NCBI GenBank assembly: GCA_024239015.1
Contig: JANBVM010000002.1
Coordinates: 8,204-53,762, forward strand
Direction: 5' to 3'
From: Patescibacteria group bacterium
Lineage (GTDB): Bacteria; Patescibacteriota; Minisyncoccia; Minisyncoccales; JANBVM01
DNA: 45,559 nucleotides
Shown here one piece after another: positions 29,224 to 39,099 of this stretch. The translations under genes and the position numbers were made by a program. Position 1 is the first letter of the stretch. Every line of letters starts with the position of its first letter. Under the pieces are notes generated by a model. The model made no database searches, was not told the origin of the DNA, and saw only the letters and a list, made by a program, of their open reading frames with translations.

Positions 29224-29532
29224 ATGAAGGATACAGTAACTCTAAAAACAACGGCAAAGGGAAAGTCGCTTAGATTTGTGATTTCTCCTGCTGTACGAGA
29301 GAGCCTAAATATTGAATTTGGAGAACCCTTAACTTTAAGTATCTACGGCATTTTTAAAGAAAGTAGTGAAATGGTTCCCGTTGACCCGCCAATTCCTATG
29401 CCGAGTAAAGTAAATAGGGCCGGAGGGAGTACTTCTGCTGGTATAACTGTGAGAAAAGATATCACGAAACTACTTAATTTAAAAGCAGGATATATGTTAG
29501 TTCTAAATATCGAAAAAATAGAAAAAGTTTAA
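29224..29532 (+). CDS. Tandem AbrB-like DNA-binding protein, paralog of 2115..2405
   Basis: KGKSLRFVISPAVRESLNIEFGE and GSTSAGITVRKDITKLLNLKAG repeats; MK(D/E)T(V/I)T start and IEKI end shared with the paralog. Confidence 0.7.
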   Translation: MKDTVTLKTTAKGKSLRFVISPAVRESLNIEFGEPLTLSIYGIFKESSEMVPVDPPIPMPSKVNRAGGSTSAGITVRKDITKLLNLKAGYMLVLNIEKIEKV

Positions 29533-30041
29533 TATTTTAAATTTCTCGTAAGTATTTCATTTATTTTATTATCTATTTTTTGTACTTTTAGAAATGTTTG
29601 ATATTTAATGGGCACTTTGTATTTTAACTTCCCATAATCCCTAATTGTTTTAGCGTATAATGAAGCCCTCTCTCTTTTACAAACTGAAATATTTAAAAAA
29701 TCAATAATCTCACCTTCATCCAGTAATAAGATTTCCAGAAAGATTTCTTTCAGCTTTTTACTATCTTTTTTAGAGAGTTCTTTTCCAGGAAATAATTTCC
29801 TTAAAGATTCATAAAGAACTTTGGCATCATTTTGTAAATTAGTTATTTCTCTTCCTGCAATTCCAAAAACTTCCTCAAGTTCAAGTAAAGCATAATCTCT
29901 TGCTACTTGTTCATCAAATACAGCTTTTTTAAAGTTAACCCATCCTTCATTTCTGGAAATTATACCTACTACTTTATTATAAAAAGCGTCTTTTTTAACG
30001 TTGAACTGTTTTAAATCAATTTCGTATAACTCATCATTCAT
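29529..30041 (-). CDS. Hypothetical protein
   Basis: 170-aa ORF overlapping the upstream gene. Confidence 0.6.
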   Translation of the reverse strand: MNDELYEIDLKQFNVKKDAFYNKVVGIISRNEGWVNFKKAVFDEQVARDYALLELEEVFGIAGREITNLQNDAKVLYESLRKLFPGKELSKKDSKKLKEIFLEILLLDEGEIIDFLNISVCKRERASLYAKTIRDYGKLKYKVPIKYQTFLKVQKIDNKINEILTRNLKY

Positions 30042-30246
30042 TTTTTTTTACCCCTTGTTTTTGTTTATCTCGTATTTTGTCAAAATCTAAAGCTTTCTTT
30101 TTTAGTTCATATAACTCCACTTCTAATTCCGATGCTATGGTTCTTCCGTGTTCCGATAATAGTTTTCCATCATCAGACATTAGACTTTGAAATAATCCTA
30201 TGATCTTATTTATTTTTTCCATAAATAAAGTTTCAAATCTAACCAT
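30034..30246 (-). CDS. Hypothetical protein
   Basis: 70-aa ORF translationally coupled on both sides. Confidence 0.55.
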   Translation of the reverse strand: MVRFETLFMEKINKIIGLFQSLMSDDGKLLSEHGRTIASELEVELYELKKKALDFDKIRDKQKQGVKKNE

Positions 30247-30514
30247 TTATATCATTACTTTGTTCTTTATACTTCCAATAAACTAGTGGCCTCCCTCGAT
30301 TCCCGTCATTTCTGCTAAATTTCTCTACATATTTTTTCTTTTGAAGTTTTATGAGATTATCGTAGACCGTTGTTCGGGGAGCTCTTAAGTTTTTAACCAA
30401 CTGTCTTCGGGTTTGTGCTCCGTATTTTTTCAAAAACTTAAGAATATTATATTGAACAGGAGACATAAAATTAGATTCCCTTATAACAAATTCATGCAAT
30501 TCTTTAGTTGACAT
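30239..30514 (-). CDS. TrmB-like winged-helix regulator
   Basis: ILKFLKKYGAQTRRQLVKNLRAPRTTVYDNLIKLQKK..V...GRPLVYW. Confidence 0.85.
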   Translation of the reverse strand: MSTKELHEFVIRESNFMSPVQYNILKFLKKYGAQTRRQLVKNLRAPRTTVYDNLIKLQKKKYVEKFSRNDGNRGRPLVYWKYKEQSNDING

Positions 30515-30799
30515 ATATTTATCATCTAAATCATATTTTAAAAACTACGATAAAAATATGCTTTTTGACATACGGAGAGGTGGTAAAAAGAGGTATGTTT
30601 TTATGTTTAATTTTAAGATTAATTTTATAAACTTAGTTATTAAAGAGTAGAGATTATCAAATTAAGTGGGTCTTGTGATTTTTAATAAAAAGGAGGATGA
30701 TTTGATTAGTTACATATCATCTTAAAAAGAGCGTATTTTTTAATGTCGGATGTAGAAACATAATAAAATAGTATTTTAAAAACTAAGAGTGAGTTTTTT

Positions 30800-32314
30800 T
30801 TGAAAGAACTTGAAGAATATGTGAAATTCTGTAATAGGTTTGATAAGTATAGACTACCTAAAGTAAGTTTTAAGGATATAAATGAGACTTATAGAATCCT
30901 ATATAGAGAACAAGGTGTCGGGAAATCGGCAATTGATAAAGCCACTTTTGTTATATTTGTAGTTTCATTGTTAGGTTCTTTATTAATCGCATTTCTTTTG
31001 TTAGGAAATGATATTTTCCTTATTCTTACCATTTCATTTTTGACTTCAGTTATGGTGGCCTATAGTTTTAATCTTTATCTTTACAAAAAGATTAATAGAG
31101 AAGAAGCATCGATAAACGCATCAATATATTTTATCAAAATTAACTTCTCTCTTTTACAAAAGGTTCTAACTCTAAAATCGGATTTATGTATAAGTTTCGT
31201 TAAGTTAATGAGTAATTTAGATTTGGTATTTTCGGGATTGTTTAGTAATATTCTGAGGAAGGTTCAGCAAGGAAAAAGCCCCGAAAAAGAGCTATTAAAG
31301 ATACTAACCCCTTCTTCTGATTTCAATATGTATTTACAAAAATTAATTGTGAGTAATTTCAATATGTCCAAAACTCAAGAATCAGTGAGGGATTATGTGT
31401 TAGAGAAACAATTTAAAACATATTTGAAAAGTTTAGAAGGGAAATTGGCCATTGTTTTCTTTGTAGGGTTATTTCTTCCACTTGGAGTGATATTCTTCTT
31501 TTTATTTTTACAAGTGAGTTTTCTTGCTCTGTTACTAATTATACCAATTTTTCTATTTTTACTTAGATATTTGTGCCGGAGATTCGTTAAAATAAATACT
31601 TTCTTTATTGGAATATTAGCGGGAACAAAAACAGAGAAGAGAGTATTCGACCAGTTCTTAACATTCTTAGAAGGTTTTGCGATAAAACTAAACTATAACG
31701 TTTCTCCCGAAAAAGCGTTTTTAACTCTTTATAGTGAAAAAAAAGAACAGCTTAAGTTATTAGATTATGCTATTGGTAATCAAGCCTCAAAATTGGCGAA
31801 ACTTACTTGCTCTTTTGATGATATGATTGAATCATTAAAAATACACCTGAAGAATTTACGATACATTTTAATTTTAGATACAATCAAAATAATGATTGAT
31901 GAAAGTGCTCTCTTATCTTCCGAAAAGATATTTGAAATTTTAAATCTCATAGATAGGCATCGAAAACTTGAAGATAAATTTGAGGCAGAAATAAAATCTC
32001 AGAGATTCAAGGTGTTTGCGTTTATTTTTCTTATGCCATTAATAATGGGAGGGATTTGTGGAATGATGCCCTTCTTTTCGTTTTTCTCTCTTGGAGATTT
32101 TATGAATGTAACTATGCCCGAATATCTCTCTGCAACAAACATCCTTAATGCCATTATAATGTTCATAACATTTGTATCGTGTAATTCTATTACATGTTAT
32201 TATTTCTTAAAAGTAATTAAGCTTAAATCATATCATATAATCCTTTTATTAAGCGATATAGCATTTTCCTTGGCATTCTTTATATCTTTTATGATGGTTT
32301 TAGGGATTGGATAA
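30800..32314 (+). CDS. TadC/GspF (T2SS-F)-like polytopic pilus platform protein
   Basis: Two repeats of TM pair + cytoplasmic helical domain, each with SPEK (GKSPEKEL, NVSPEKAF); C-terminal TM bundle. Confidence 0.7.
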   Translation: MKELEEYVKFCNRFDKYRLPKVSFKDINETYRILYREQGVGKSAIDKATFVIFVVSLLGSLLIAFLLLGNDIFLILTISFLTSVMVAYSFNLYLYKKINREEASINASIYFIKINFSLLQKVLTLKSDLCISFVKLMSNLDLVFSGLFSNILRKVQQGKSPEKELLKILTPSSDFNMYLQKLIVSNFNMSKTQESVRDYVLEKQFKTYLKSLEGKLAIVFFVGLFLPLGVIFFFLFLQVSFLALLLIIPIFLFLLRYLCRRFVKINTFFIGILAGTKTEKRVFDQFLTFLEGFAIKLNYNVSPEKAFLTLYSEKKEQLKLLDYAIGNQASKLAKLTCSFDDMIESLKIHLKNLRYILILDTIKIMIDESALLSSEKIFEILNLIDRHRKLEDKFEAEIKSQRFKVFAFIFLMPLIMGGICGMMPFFSFFSLGDFMNVTMPEYLSATNILNAIIMFITFVSCNSITCYYFLKVIKLKSYHIILLLSDIAFSLAFFISFMMVLGIG

Positions 32315-32436
32315 ATACACGTTGATTCTTTTTCATTTCTCTTCATTTCATTCTAAAAAGGTTTTAAATCTGTTTAGTTTAAATTAATTGCTGTTAACTG
32401 ATGTTAATGATTAATACGTTAATTGGTGATTTTTAA

Positions 32437-32604
32437 ATGGGTAGTCTTATTGAAAAAGGCTTGTTGATTGCTTTTGCGATATTTATCTTCTTTCTTGTTG
32501 TAAAAATTGTAACAAACATAATCGATATGGTTACAGGTGAAGTGTTCAATCTTAGTCAGTTTTTTCTGGGGACTAGCAGTTTAATCTTTCCAAGTTTATT
32601 TTAG
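32437..32604 (+). CDS. 55-aa Flp/type IV pilin-like protein (not in ORF track)
   Basis: GGTGA RBS at 32425; MGSLIEKGLLIAFAIFIFFLVV resembles Flp pilin IEYGLLIA; lies directly after the TadC-like gene. Confidence 0.6.
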   Translation: MGSLIEKGLLIAFAIFIFFLVVKIVTNIIDMVTGEVFNLSQFFLGTSSLIFPSLF

Positions 32605-32639
32605 CGCAGAATAACTTATTTCATGGGGTGATTTCCTAA

Positions 32640-33263
32640 ATGCCGATATTGAGTGTACTTCCAGATATTTCCGTATGGTTTGAAGATATCCTTGTATTTT
32701 TCAACCAGTTATTAGGTTCTGTTCTTTCTCTTGGTAATTATTTGTTATTTGCTTGGTTTCTCTACCTTTTCTATTCACTATATAATGGTGCGAAACACAA
32801 AGAACAGGATGAGAGATATTTATCACACAGATTAAAGCAATCACGAAAACATGGGAGGGTAGGAATGATAGCTTGTGGGGTTATTGCCGTTCTCTTTTTA
32901 ACGAGAGTTTTGATAATAGTCCTTGTATCCTTGAGCTCTTTATTCCCTGAACCATTCATATATGATTTTATTTTCAGAATGGATGTGTATCTTCAAATTG
33001 TCAATCATGAAATAGTATCTGTATTGCTTGTTGAAAAATTCTTCGTCTTATTTCTCGGTTTTATTTCCTTGATATGTTTCTTTCTATTTACATATGGAAT
33101 ATTTTTACTCATATATAATGAAAAGATTTTGCATAAGAGATGGAAGCCATTTAAACTATTAATCATTGGATTAATCGGGCTTATTGTTATTGGGTTCACA
33201 CTTCCATTTTGTCTTATGGATGGAATAAGTTTTGATATCTATACTCTTGTGGGTTGGCATTAA
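32640..33263 (+). CDS. Membrane protein (about 4 TM)
   Basis: Four hydrophobic segments; GGGGTGA RBS. Confidence 0.75.
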   Translation: MPILSVLPDISVWFEDILVFFNQLLGSVLSLGNYLLFAWFLYLFYSLYNGAKHKEQDERYLSHRLKQSRKHGRVGMIACGVIAVLFLTRVLIIVLVSLSSLFPEPFIYDFIFRMDVYLQIVNHEIVSVLLVEKFFVLFLGFISLICFFLFTYGIFLLIYNEKILHKRWKPFKLLIIGLIGLIVIGFTLPFCLMDGISFDIYTLVGWH

Positions 33264-33381
33264 TTATATTTTCCCAAGCTTTTTCATTTCAAAATACCAA
33301 GGGAGGCATTTTGGTGAGCGAAGTTTACATTTTCTTAGCTTTTTTTCTGTTTTGAGCTTTTCAGAGTGAATTTTTTGTTTT

Positions 33382-33651
33382 CTAAACCATCTCACAATCC
33401 TCGCACTCATCGCAAACATCACAATCTTTAAAAATCTCAATTTTGGCAATAGCGTTATACACGGATCTGCAACTTTGGCATATATACATAATTTCGAGGG
33501 GGTAATCACCAGAGGTTGTTTCTGGAACGGTATATGTCTTACATTTAGGGCAGACAACAATCTTAGATTCGATGTTTATATATTCTGCCTTCTTATATTC
33601 TTTTCCCAATTTAATCCTCTCTTTCCTTTTGCTTTTCATATATTTCTCCAA
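33382..33651 (-). CDS. Cys-rich Zn-ribbon protein
   Basis: CPKC, CQSC and CDVCDECEDC. Confidence 0.6.
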   Translation of the reverse strand: MEKYMKSKRKERIKLGKEYKKAEYINIESKIVVCPKCKTYTVPETTSGDYPLEIMYICQSCRSVYNAIAKIEIFKDCDVCDECEDCEMV

Positions 33652-34075
33652 TTAAAGCTTCGAACTCCTCTGAACCGCTTTTTTTTCCCGTTTTTTCATT
33701 ACTAAAATCCATGGAATCACTTTTTTCATTTTTCCCAAATGAATGATTGAAACCAAAATCATCTTCTACTTCAGGTTTTTTGTAATAAGCTTTTTTAGAT
33801 TTCTTTTTAATTTCTTTATACTCTGATTGAACGATGTAAATGTAGAATATAGAAATTATTCCAATTGAGATTATGAAAAAATAATCTTGAACCACTTGTT
33901 TAATGGTTAAGAAAATCACTAAGCCAATTATCAAAACAGGGATAACAATTCTTAAAATATCAATGTTATTATCCCTCTTTTTATAATAATAAAATAGAAA
34001 ATCCAATAAGGTAATAACGAATATTAAGATAATGTCAATAAAAGCTAAACCCGAATCGAATATTGAAAATAACAT
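33611..34075 (-). CDS. Membrane protein (3 TM) with charged tail
   Basis: Three hydrophobic segments then K/E-rich C-terminus. Confidence 0.65.
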   Translation of the reverse strand: MLFSIFDSGLAFIDIILIFVITLLDFLFYYYKKRDNNIDILRIVIPVLIIGLVIFLTIKQVVQDYFFIISIGIISIFYIYIVQSEYKEIKKKSKKAYYKKPEVEDDFGFNHSFGKNEKSDSMDFSNEKTGKKSGSEEFEALIGEIYEKQKERED

Positions 34076-34409
34076 ATCATTTCATCATAAGAAAAATATA
34101 AAAACTCCTTTATTTAGAGAGTTTATCATCATATATTATCACATGATCATACTTGAGGGGTAAATGATAATTATTATTGGCACATGGAAATTGTAACCAA
34201 AGCTATCTCTTTTCCCCGTATTACTACCATTCAACAGAGATTCTTTGAATTATATGATATTAAAAGGAAAAATTGAGACCCATACGCCGTACATATAAAG
34301 GAAAAAAATCCACAATTCCCTAACCCTCAACTTTGTTAAAATAATCTTTTCGTTCACTAAAATTCACCTGTATAAATATTAAAAAAATCCTAACTTAAGG
34401 TATGATAAA

Positions 34410-34583
34410 ATGTCTCTCTGGTTAAATATTGTAAAAAGAAGATTAACCACATTACAAAAAAAAGTGATGTCGATGATTAGAACAGAACGTTTCGGAGTTT
34501 TTATGGATATTGCTCGAAATTATCGGTTATTAGAAATACAAATGGAGATAGAAGCGATTAGGAAAAACAATTCATATTCTTAA
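34410..34583 (+). CDS. 57-aa hypothetical protein (not in ORF track)
   Basis: MSLWLNIVKRRLTTLQKK...NNSYS*; first of a co-oriented run. Confidence 0.4.
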   Translation: MSLWLNIVKRRLTTLQKKVMSMIRTERFGVFMDIARNYRLLEIQMEIEAIRKNNSYS

Positions 34584-34610
34584 CAATTTAAACAAGGTGA
34601 ATATAAACAA

Positions 34611-34871
34611 ATGAGTTCAAGCAAGGTAATAGAATCGGTAATAAACCCTCTTATGGCGAGTTATGTACATAAGATTAATGGGTGTTTTACTCTATTGAAA
34701 AGAAAAAGGTTTAAAAAACTAATGGTTGGTAAGAGTAAAGAAATAGTTATCAATAACCAACAGAAGATTCGAATGGTTGAACATATACTTGATAAAATGA
34801 TAGAAAGCTTTGATAATTTGGTTATAGCGGTTGCAGATATGAATAATACTATAGATAAATTCAAATTCTAA
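34611..34871 (+). CDS. Hypothetical protein
   Basis: AAGGTGA RBS; 86 aa. Confidence 0.55.
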   Translation: MSSSKVIESVINPLMASYVHKINGCFTLLKRKRFKKLMVGKSKEIVINNQQKIRMVEHILDKMIESFDNLVIAVADMNNTIDKFKF

Positions 34872-34945
34872 ATCCACCCCATTTTTTTTGATGGTTTAAA
34901 TATTTTAAAAGGAAATACAAAATTGTAGAAAAAAAATAAAATATT

Positions 34946-35221
34946 ATGGATGTGAAAGAATTGTCTAATTTGGAGAGTACAGTAAAACGGTATCAAGAAT
35001 TAGTTAGAAGATTCCCAAATGATAAAGAATATCAAAAAGATTATGAGAGATTGAGTCAAATTGTAGACTTATATAAAAAAAACGATTCTGAAAGTAATCA
35101 AAGCGAAAACAATAAAAATTATTTATATTGTGTTAATTGTGGTGCTAAAATCCATTTAGTTGAGGTTTCTAATTGTACAGATTGTAATTCGAGTAATCTT
35201 TTATTGATGTCATTTCATTAA
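34946..35221 (+). CDS. Small protein with C-terminal Zn ribbon
   Basis: CVNC...CTDC; N-terminus paralogous to 26222..26383. Confidence 0.6.
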   Translation: MDVKELSNLESTVKRYQELVRRFPNDKEYQKDYERLSQIVDLYKKNDSESNQSENNKNYLYCVNCGAKIHLVEVSNCTDCNSSNLLLMSFH

Positions 35222-35234
35222 ACCTTCTAATTAT

Positions 35235-36755
35235 TTATAAAAAATTGGTATTTTCTATAAAATTCCAAAATTTATTCCAATCATCAATCTTCCCTGTGGA
35301 GGAAAGACTAGCCTTAAGGTTATCAGGCTGTACACCCGTCACCGGGTTCAAGACATGCTTCATTTGTAATACTTTTTTCATTACTTCGGAAGTCTTGAAG
35401 GAAGTTATCCCGCTATACTTGAAAAAATCGTGGAGTTTAGCCCAGTTATAGTAGGGACTGCTTGGTTTCAAACGGGGCTTTATAACGTCCCTGACTTGTG
35501 CAAGCAACCACTTATAATTGGCTGGAATCTCTTCTTTAAATCCCAAACTTTTTCGAGCAATCACGTAACTTGCTAATATGTGATTAGATAAATTACGTGA
35601 ACGTGAATATTTATATTTGCCGATGAGAGAAGTGTATGCCAGATGTACCTTTCTCACAGCAACACCTCTTTTAAGGCATTTTCTTTCTAATAAGTCTAAT
35701 GCGGTAGTTTTAAAATTACTCAATTTTCTGTTTCGTTTTTTCTCATAAGAAAATTCTTGGTTAAATGAGAGGTCTTCAATCACGAGTCCTTTCTTTTTAT
35801 TAATGCAGTAATTAACTACTTTATCTATTTTATGACTAATATAATCAGCTCGTTTATTTTTCCGATAGGAATGTAAGTTTCTAAACTTAACTTCATGATA
35901 ACTCTTGAAATTACCCTCTTTATCTGCAGTACAGAGAGAAACAAAATTATAGTTCATGTCAAGCCCAACCACTCCATTTTCAAACCCAAAAATGATTTCT
36001 TTTTCTGGAATTTCATAAGAGATATGGGCAAAATACCGCAATTATCCTTTAATAAATCGTCTTATTACTTCTACGGTGTATAACTCTAACTCAAGTATCT
36101 CCTCATACCATCGCTTTTGTTTATAATTAACCGTAAATGGAATAATCAGCCACTTTTTCCCCTTTTCTTTTGAAAACGTACGGACTTTTAGAGTCATACC
36201 GGGTAATACTTTTAAATTTAAATTAATACCTTGTTTCTTACCCACGCAATAAACCGAGGAGTCTCTTCTAATTTTAAATTCATCCTTGTTAATTTTGCCT
36301 AATATCCTCTCTCGAAATAACCTCTTCGTGCCAAACACAATTTGTTTAAATTGTAGAGTAAGAAATTTATTCTGAATGGATGATAATCGGGAATAAAGCC
36401 CCTTTAATCGCCTGTTTCTCTTATCTTTTTGTTTTATCTGTTCAATTTTCTTAGTAATTGTAGCAATTTGACGCTTCATATATTTCCTACACTTTTTATA
36501 CCACGTATTTTGTTGGGCTAACTTAGTCTCACAATCTATTAGGATACTATTTACATAAGGATTATTATGGCAAAGCCCCATTAACTGCGGTTGTATTGTT
36601 TTCCATTTTTCTTTTTGTGTATAATTTGTGTTTTTTAATCCAAAAAAGAGTTTATATCCTATACGCTTTACTCTGTTATAAATTGTAAAGATTTCATGCA
36701 ATCTCCTTTCCTGTGAATGTGTAAGATATAATCGGAATTTAATTGTCTGAATCAA
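35235..36755 (-). pseudogene. tnpB: TnpB-related protein (Zn-finger-less subfamily) split by a single in-frame TAA at 36042-36044
   Basis: The two track ORFs abut in one frame (...FIKG*LRYF...); TIKFRL N-terminus, RuvC-I VGLDMN, RuvC-II VIEDL, AYTSLIGKYKY, HILASYVIARK. Confidence 0.85.
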
Positions 36756-36962
36756 TGCTCTAATATTTTATTTAATTATTTCTTAGACTTAATTTCTACT
36801 CTAAATATATAAACAAAAATTTAAATCCAAAGAGGGATAAGACTTTTAGTTTTTTATAGAATTTTATGGCGCTTTATAAAATTTCAACCAACTCTTGAAA
36901 CATTATTGGCAATCTTATGAAAAAACTCTAGGACTTTTTAAATTTAAAGTTTAAATAATAGG

Positions 36963-37172
36963 GTGATGAGTCTAAGTGATTTAAATTTAGAAAGTAGAGT
37001 AAGATACTGTTTTACTTGTCGTGAGCATCATATAGTAAATGTTAACGATTATAAAACCATTCAATCATTAAACTTTTTTGAGAAAGAACATCGAGGTCAT
37101 AGAACTCAAGTAATAGATTATAAAGAATTAAAAATAATATTAGCTACCCAGCAGAGTTCAAAAAAGTGGTAA
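36963..37172 (+). CDS. Small putative Zn-binding protein
   Basis: CFTC...EHRGH. Confidence 0.55.
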   Translation: MMSLSDLNLESRVRYCFTCREHHIVNVNDYKTIQSLNFFEKEHRGHRTQVIDYKELKIILATQQSSKKW

Positions 37173-37297
37173 AAATCTCTTATTTGAGCAAGTGAAATAT
37201 CGAGACAACTCAAGAATAACTGAGAGAGAGAAAATAACTCTTTAATCCTTGTCCACATCTCGCTTAATTAGAAATAACTCTTCAAAATTCACACTCA

Positions 37298-37729
37298 TTA
37301 TGTCACCTCATTAACTCCTTTTCCTAAAAATTTACTACTTAAATTTACTATAGTTTTTTTAGTGTCATTAGAAATTAACCATTCCTTTAGCAGTAAATCA
37401 TCGAATTGAAATTTGGGGTTCAGAAAATTGATTTCCATAGCCAAATCATAAACAGCATATAAAATATCTTCGTCTATAAGGGTTCCACATTTTTCCTTTA
37501 CTATATGCCCCACCATACGGATTATCAGATCATTAACATGGTTTTTCTCTTCCCCATAGTGACACCCAATAGTCATATTTACAAGAGTCAATTTAAGACT
37601 CTCATGAAAATAGATGAAATGGTTTTCTGGAAGGATTTCTCCAAATCTCACCTTTAAGACTTTCAGATAATCAAACTCTTTCTCAGAACAATTTAATAGA
37701 CCAATCAAGATTTCTTTTTCAACCATCAA
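37298..37729 (-). CDS. Hypothetical protein, paralog of 38197..38778
   Basis: CSEKEFDYLKVL..RF.EILPE...KNHVNDLI. Confidence 0.7.
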   Translation of the reverse strand: MMVEKEILIGLLNCSEKEFDYLKVLKVRFGEILPENHFIYFHESLKLTLVNMTIGCHYGEEKNHVNDLIIRMVGHIVKEKCGTLIDEDILYAVYDLAMEINFLNPKFQFDDLLLKEWLISNDTKKTIVNLSSKFLGKGVNEVT

Positions 37730-37768
37730 TTTTTTTTACCTCTCTTAATTGTTGTTTTTTATTATATT

Positions 37769-37787
37769 TTTACTCGAATCGAGTAAA
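37769..37787. promoter_or_regulatory. Perfect inverted repeat (operator-like)
   Basis: TTTACTCGA-A-TCGAGTAAA, about 40 nt upstream of 37729. Confidence 0.45.
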
Positions 37788-37935
37788 TTTTTAGACTCAA
37801 ATGAAAGAGGGCGAAATCCAATGTTAGATGAGTTAGGTAAAAGAAAAAGGCTTGAACCCCTAATTAAACAACCCACCAGATTTAATACATAAAAAAGTAT
37901 GGTAACTTTCATTCGATTTGTCTACCTGTTATTTT

Positions 37936-38145
37936 CTATTTTTGGTTTAAGATATTTGAAATAGAGTTTTTACAATTAAGAGCGTAAGAATAGGGAATAT
38001 CTTTTGGGGGAGTTTCTACACAAGCCTTAATCTCTTCAGTAGTTAGTTGTTTTAAAGCATCAAAAATTTCTTTTGTTATTGGAGTGACTGACTTTAAAAC
38101 CTTCAAAAACTCTATCATTGGTTTACTTGGTGTATATTCTAACAT
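37936..38145 (-). CDS. Hypothetical protein
   Basis: 69-aa co-oriented ORF. Confidence 0.45.
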   Translation of the reverse strand: MLEYTPSKPMIEFLKVLKSVTPITKEIFDALKQLTTEEIKACVETPPKDIPYSYALNCKNSISNILNQK

Positions 38146-38196
38146 ATGTTTGTCTTCTCAACCATTCTGGGAAATCCAGTAAAAAAATAAAAAAAA

Positions 38197-38778
38197 TTAA
38201 ATCTTTAAGAACTTATTCAACAGATTGACCATCTCTTCATGAATATTGGATGAGATTTCAAATTCTTTAAATAATATAATTTTAAATGAGAAATCTGGTG
38301 AATTCAAAGAATCCATATATTCAATTAGCTCATCACTCCAAGCATCTTCTTCATCGAAGTATTTTCCATACTTATTTTCCGTAATGTGACACAGCATATA
38401 GTAAATCAAGTCATTTACTTGATTCTTTTTTGGATTATAAGTTTCTAAAGCGAAATCTAAGTCTTCTTGTAAAAATTTAGACGCTTTTTCAGGTAAAATT
38501 TCTTTAAATCTACATTCAAGGATTTTAAGATAATCTATATCTTTTTCAGAGCACCTTAATATTGTTGTTAGCAAATGTTTCTCAAAATTTCCGATTTTAT
38601 TAATAAGAATCTCTTTGAGACACTCATTACAGAAATAATAAGTATAACCATAGCTTTGGGGATTGAAGAAAGACCCAACTGAAGCTCTTCCTTTTATTTT
38701 GCAAAACCAACATATATGTTCCTCATCTTTTATATCAAGATAATGAACCAATGGTGGTTGTTCATTTTTTTCGCACAT
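38197..38778 (-). CDS. Zn-finger-fused paralog of 37298..37729
   Basis: CWFC...CNEC then CSEKDIDYLKIL..RF.EILPE...KNQVNDLI. Confidence 0.7.
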   Translation of the reverse strand: MCEKNEQPPLVHYLDIKDEEHICWFCKIKGRASVGSFFNPQSYGYTYYFCNECLKEILINKIGNFEKHLLTTILRCSEKDIDYLKILECRFKEILPEKASKFLQEDLDFALETYNPKKNQVNDLIYYMLCHITENKYGKYFDEEDAWSDELIEYMDSLNSPDFSFKIILFKEFEISSNIHEEMVNLLNKFLKI

Positions 38779-38956
38779 TTTTATTTTAAACCTCTTTTTT
38801 TCTTTTATTTTTTATCAAGAATTATTTGGGGGAATAAAAAACCATCCCGCTTTAATCATTCGGATAATCTACAAATAGATTAATTATAAGTATCGACTCT
38901 AAAGCTAAGTTTGTTATTATTGGCATTTTTATTATCACTTCTTCAAATTTCTTTAC

Positions 38957-39076
38957 TTATTTTGCTTTTTTCAACTCTCTTATTTCATTATCAAGGTCTT
39001 TAACTTTTGTTTCCAAATCCGATATTCTGCTTTCCAAATCACTAAATTGTCCCTCAAGATTTTCTATTTCGCTCAT
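38957..39076 (-). CDS. 39-aa coiled-coil peptide (not in ORF track)
   Basis: MSEIENLEGQFSDLESRISDLETKVKDLDNEIRELKKAK, clean heptads; GAGG upstream. Confidence 0.5.
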   Translation of the reverse strand: MSEIENLEGQFSDLESRISDLETKVKDLDNEIRELKKAK

Positions 39077-39099
39077 TTTCCTCATGTTTCTAATTTTAT

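Noticed and set aside
13576..33263. Archaellum or complete conjugative T4SS call
   Set aside because: No archaellin, ArlH, relaxase or recognisable VirB6/VirB8-type set in the window
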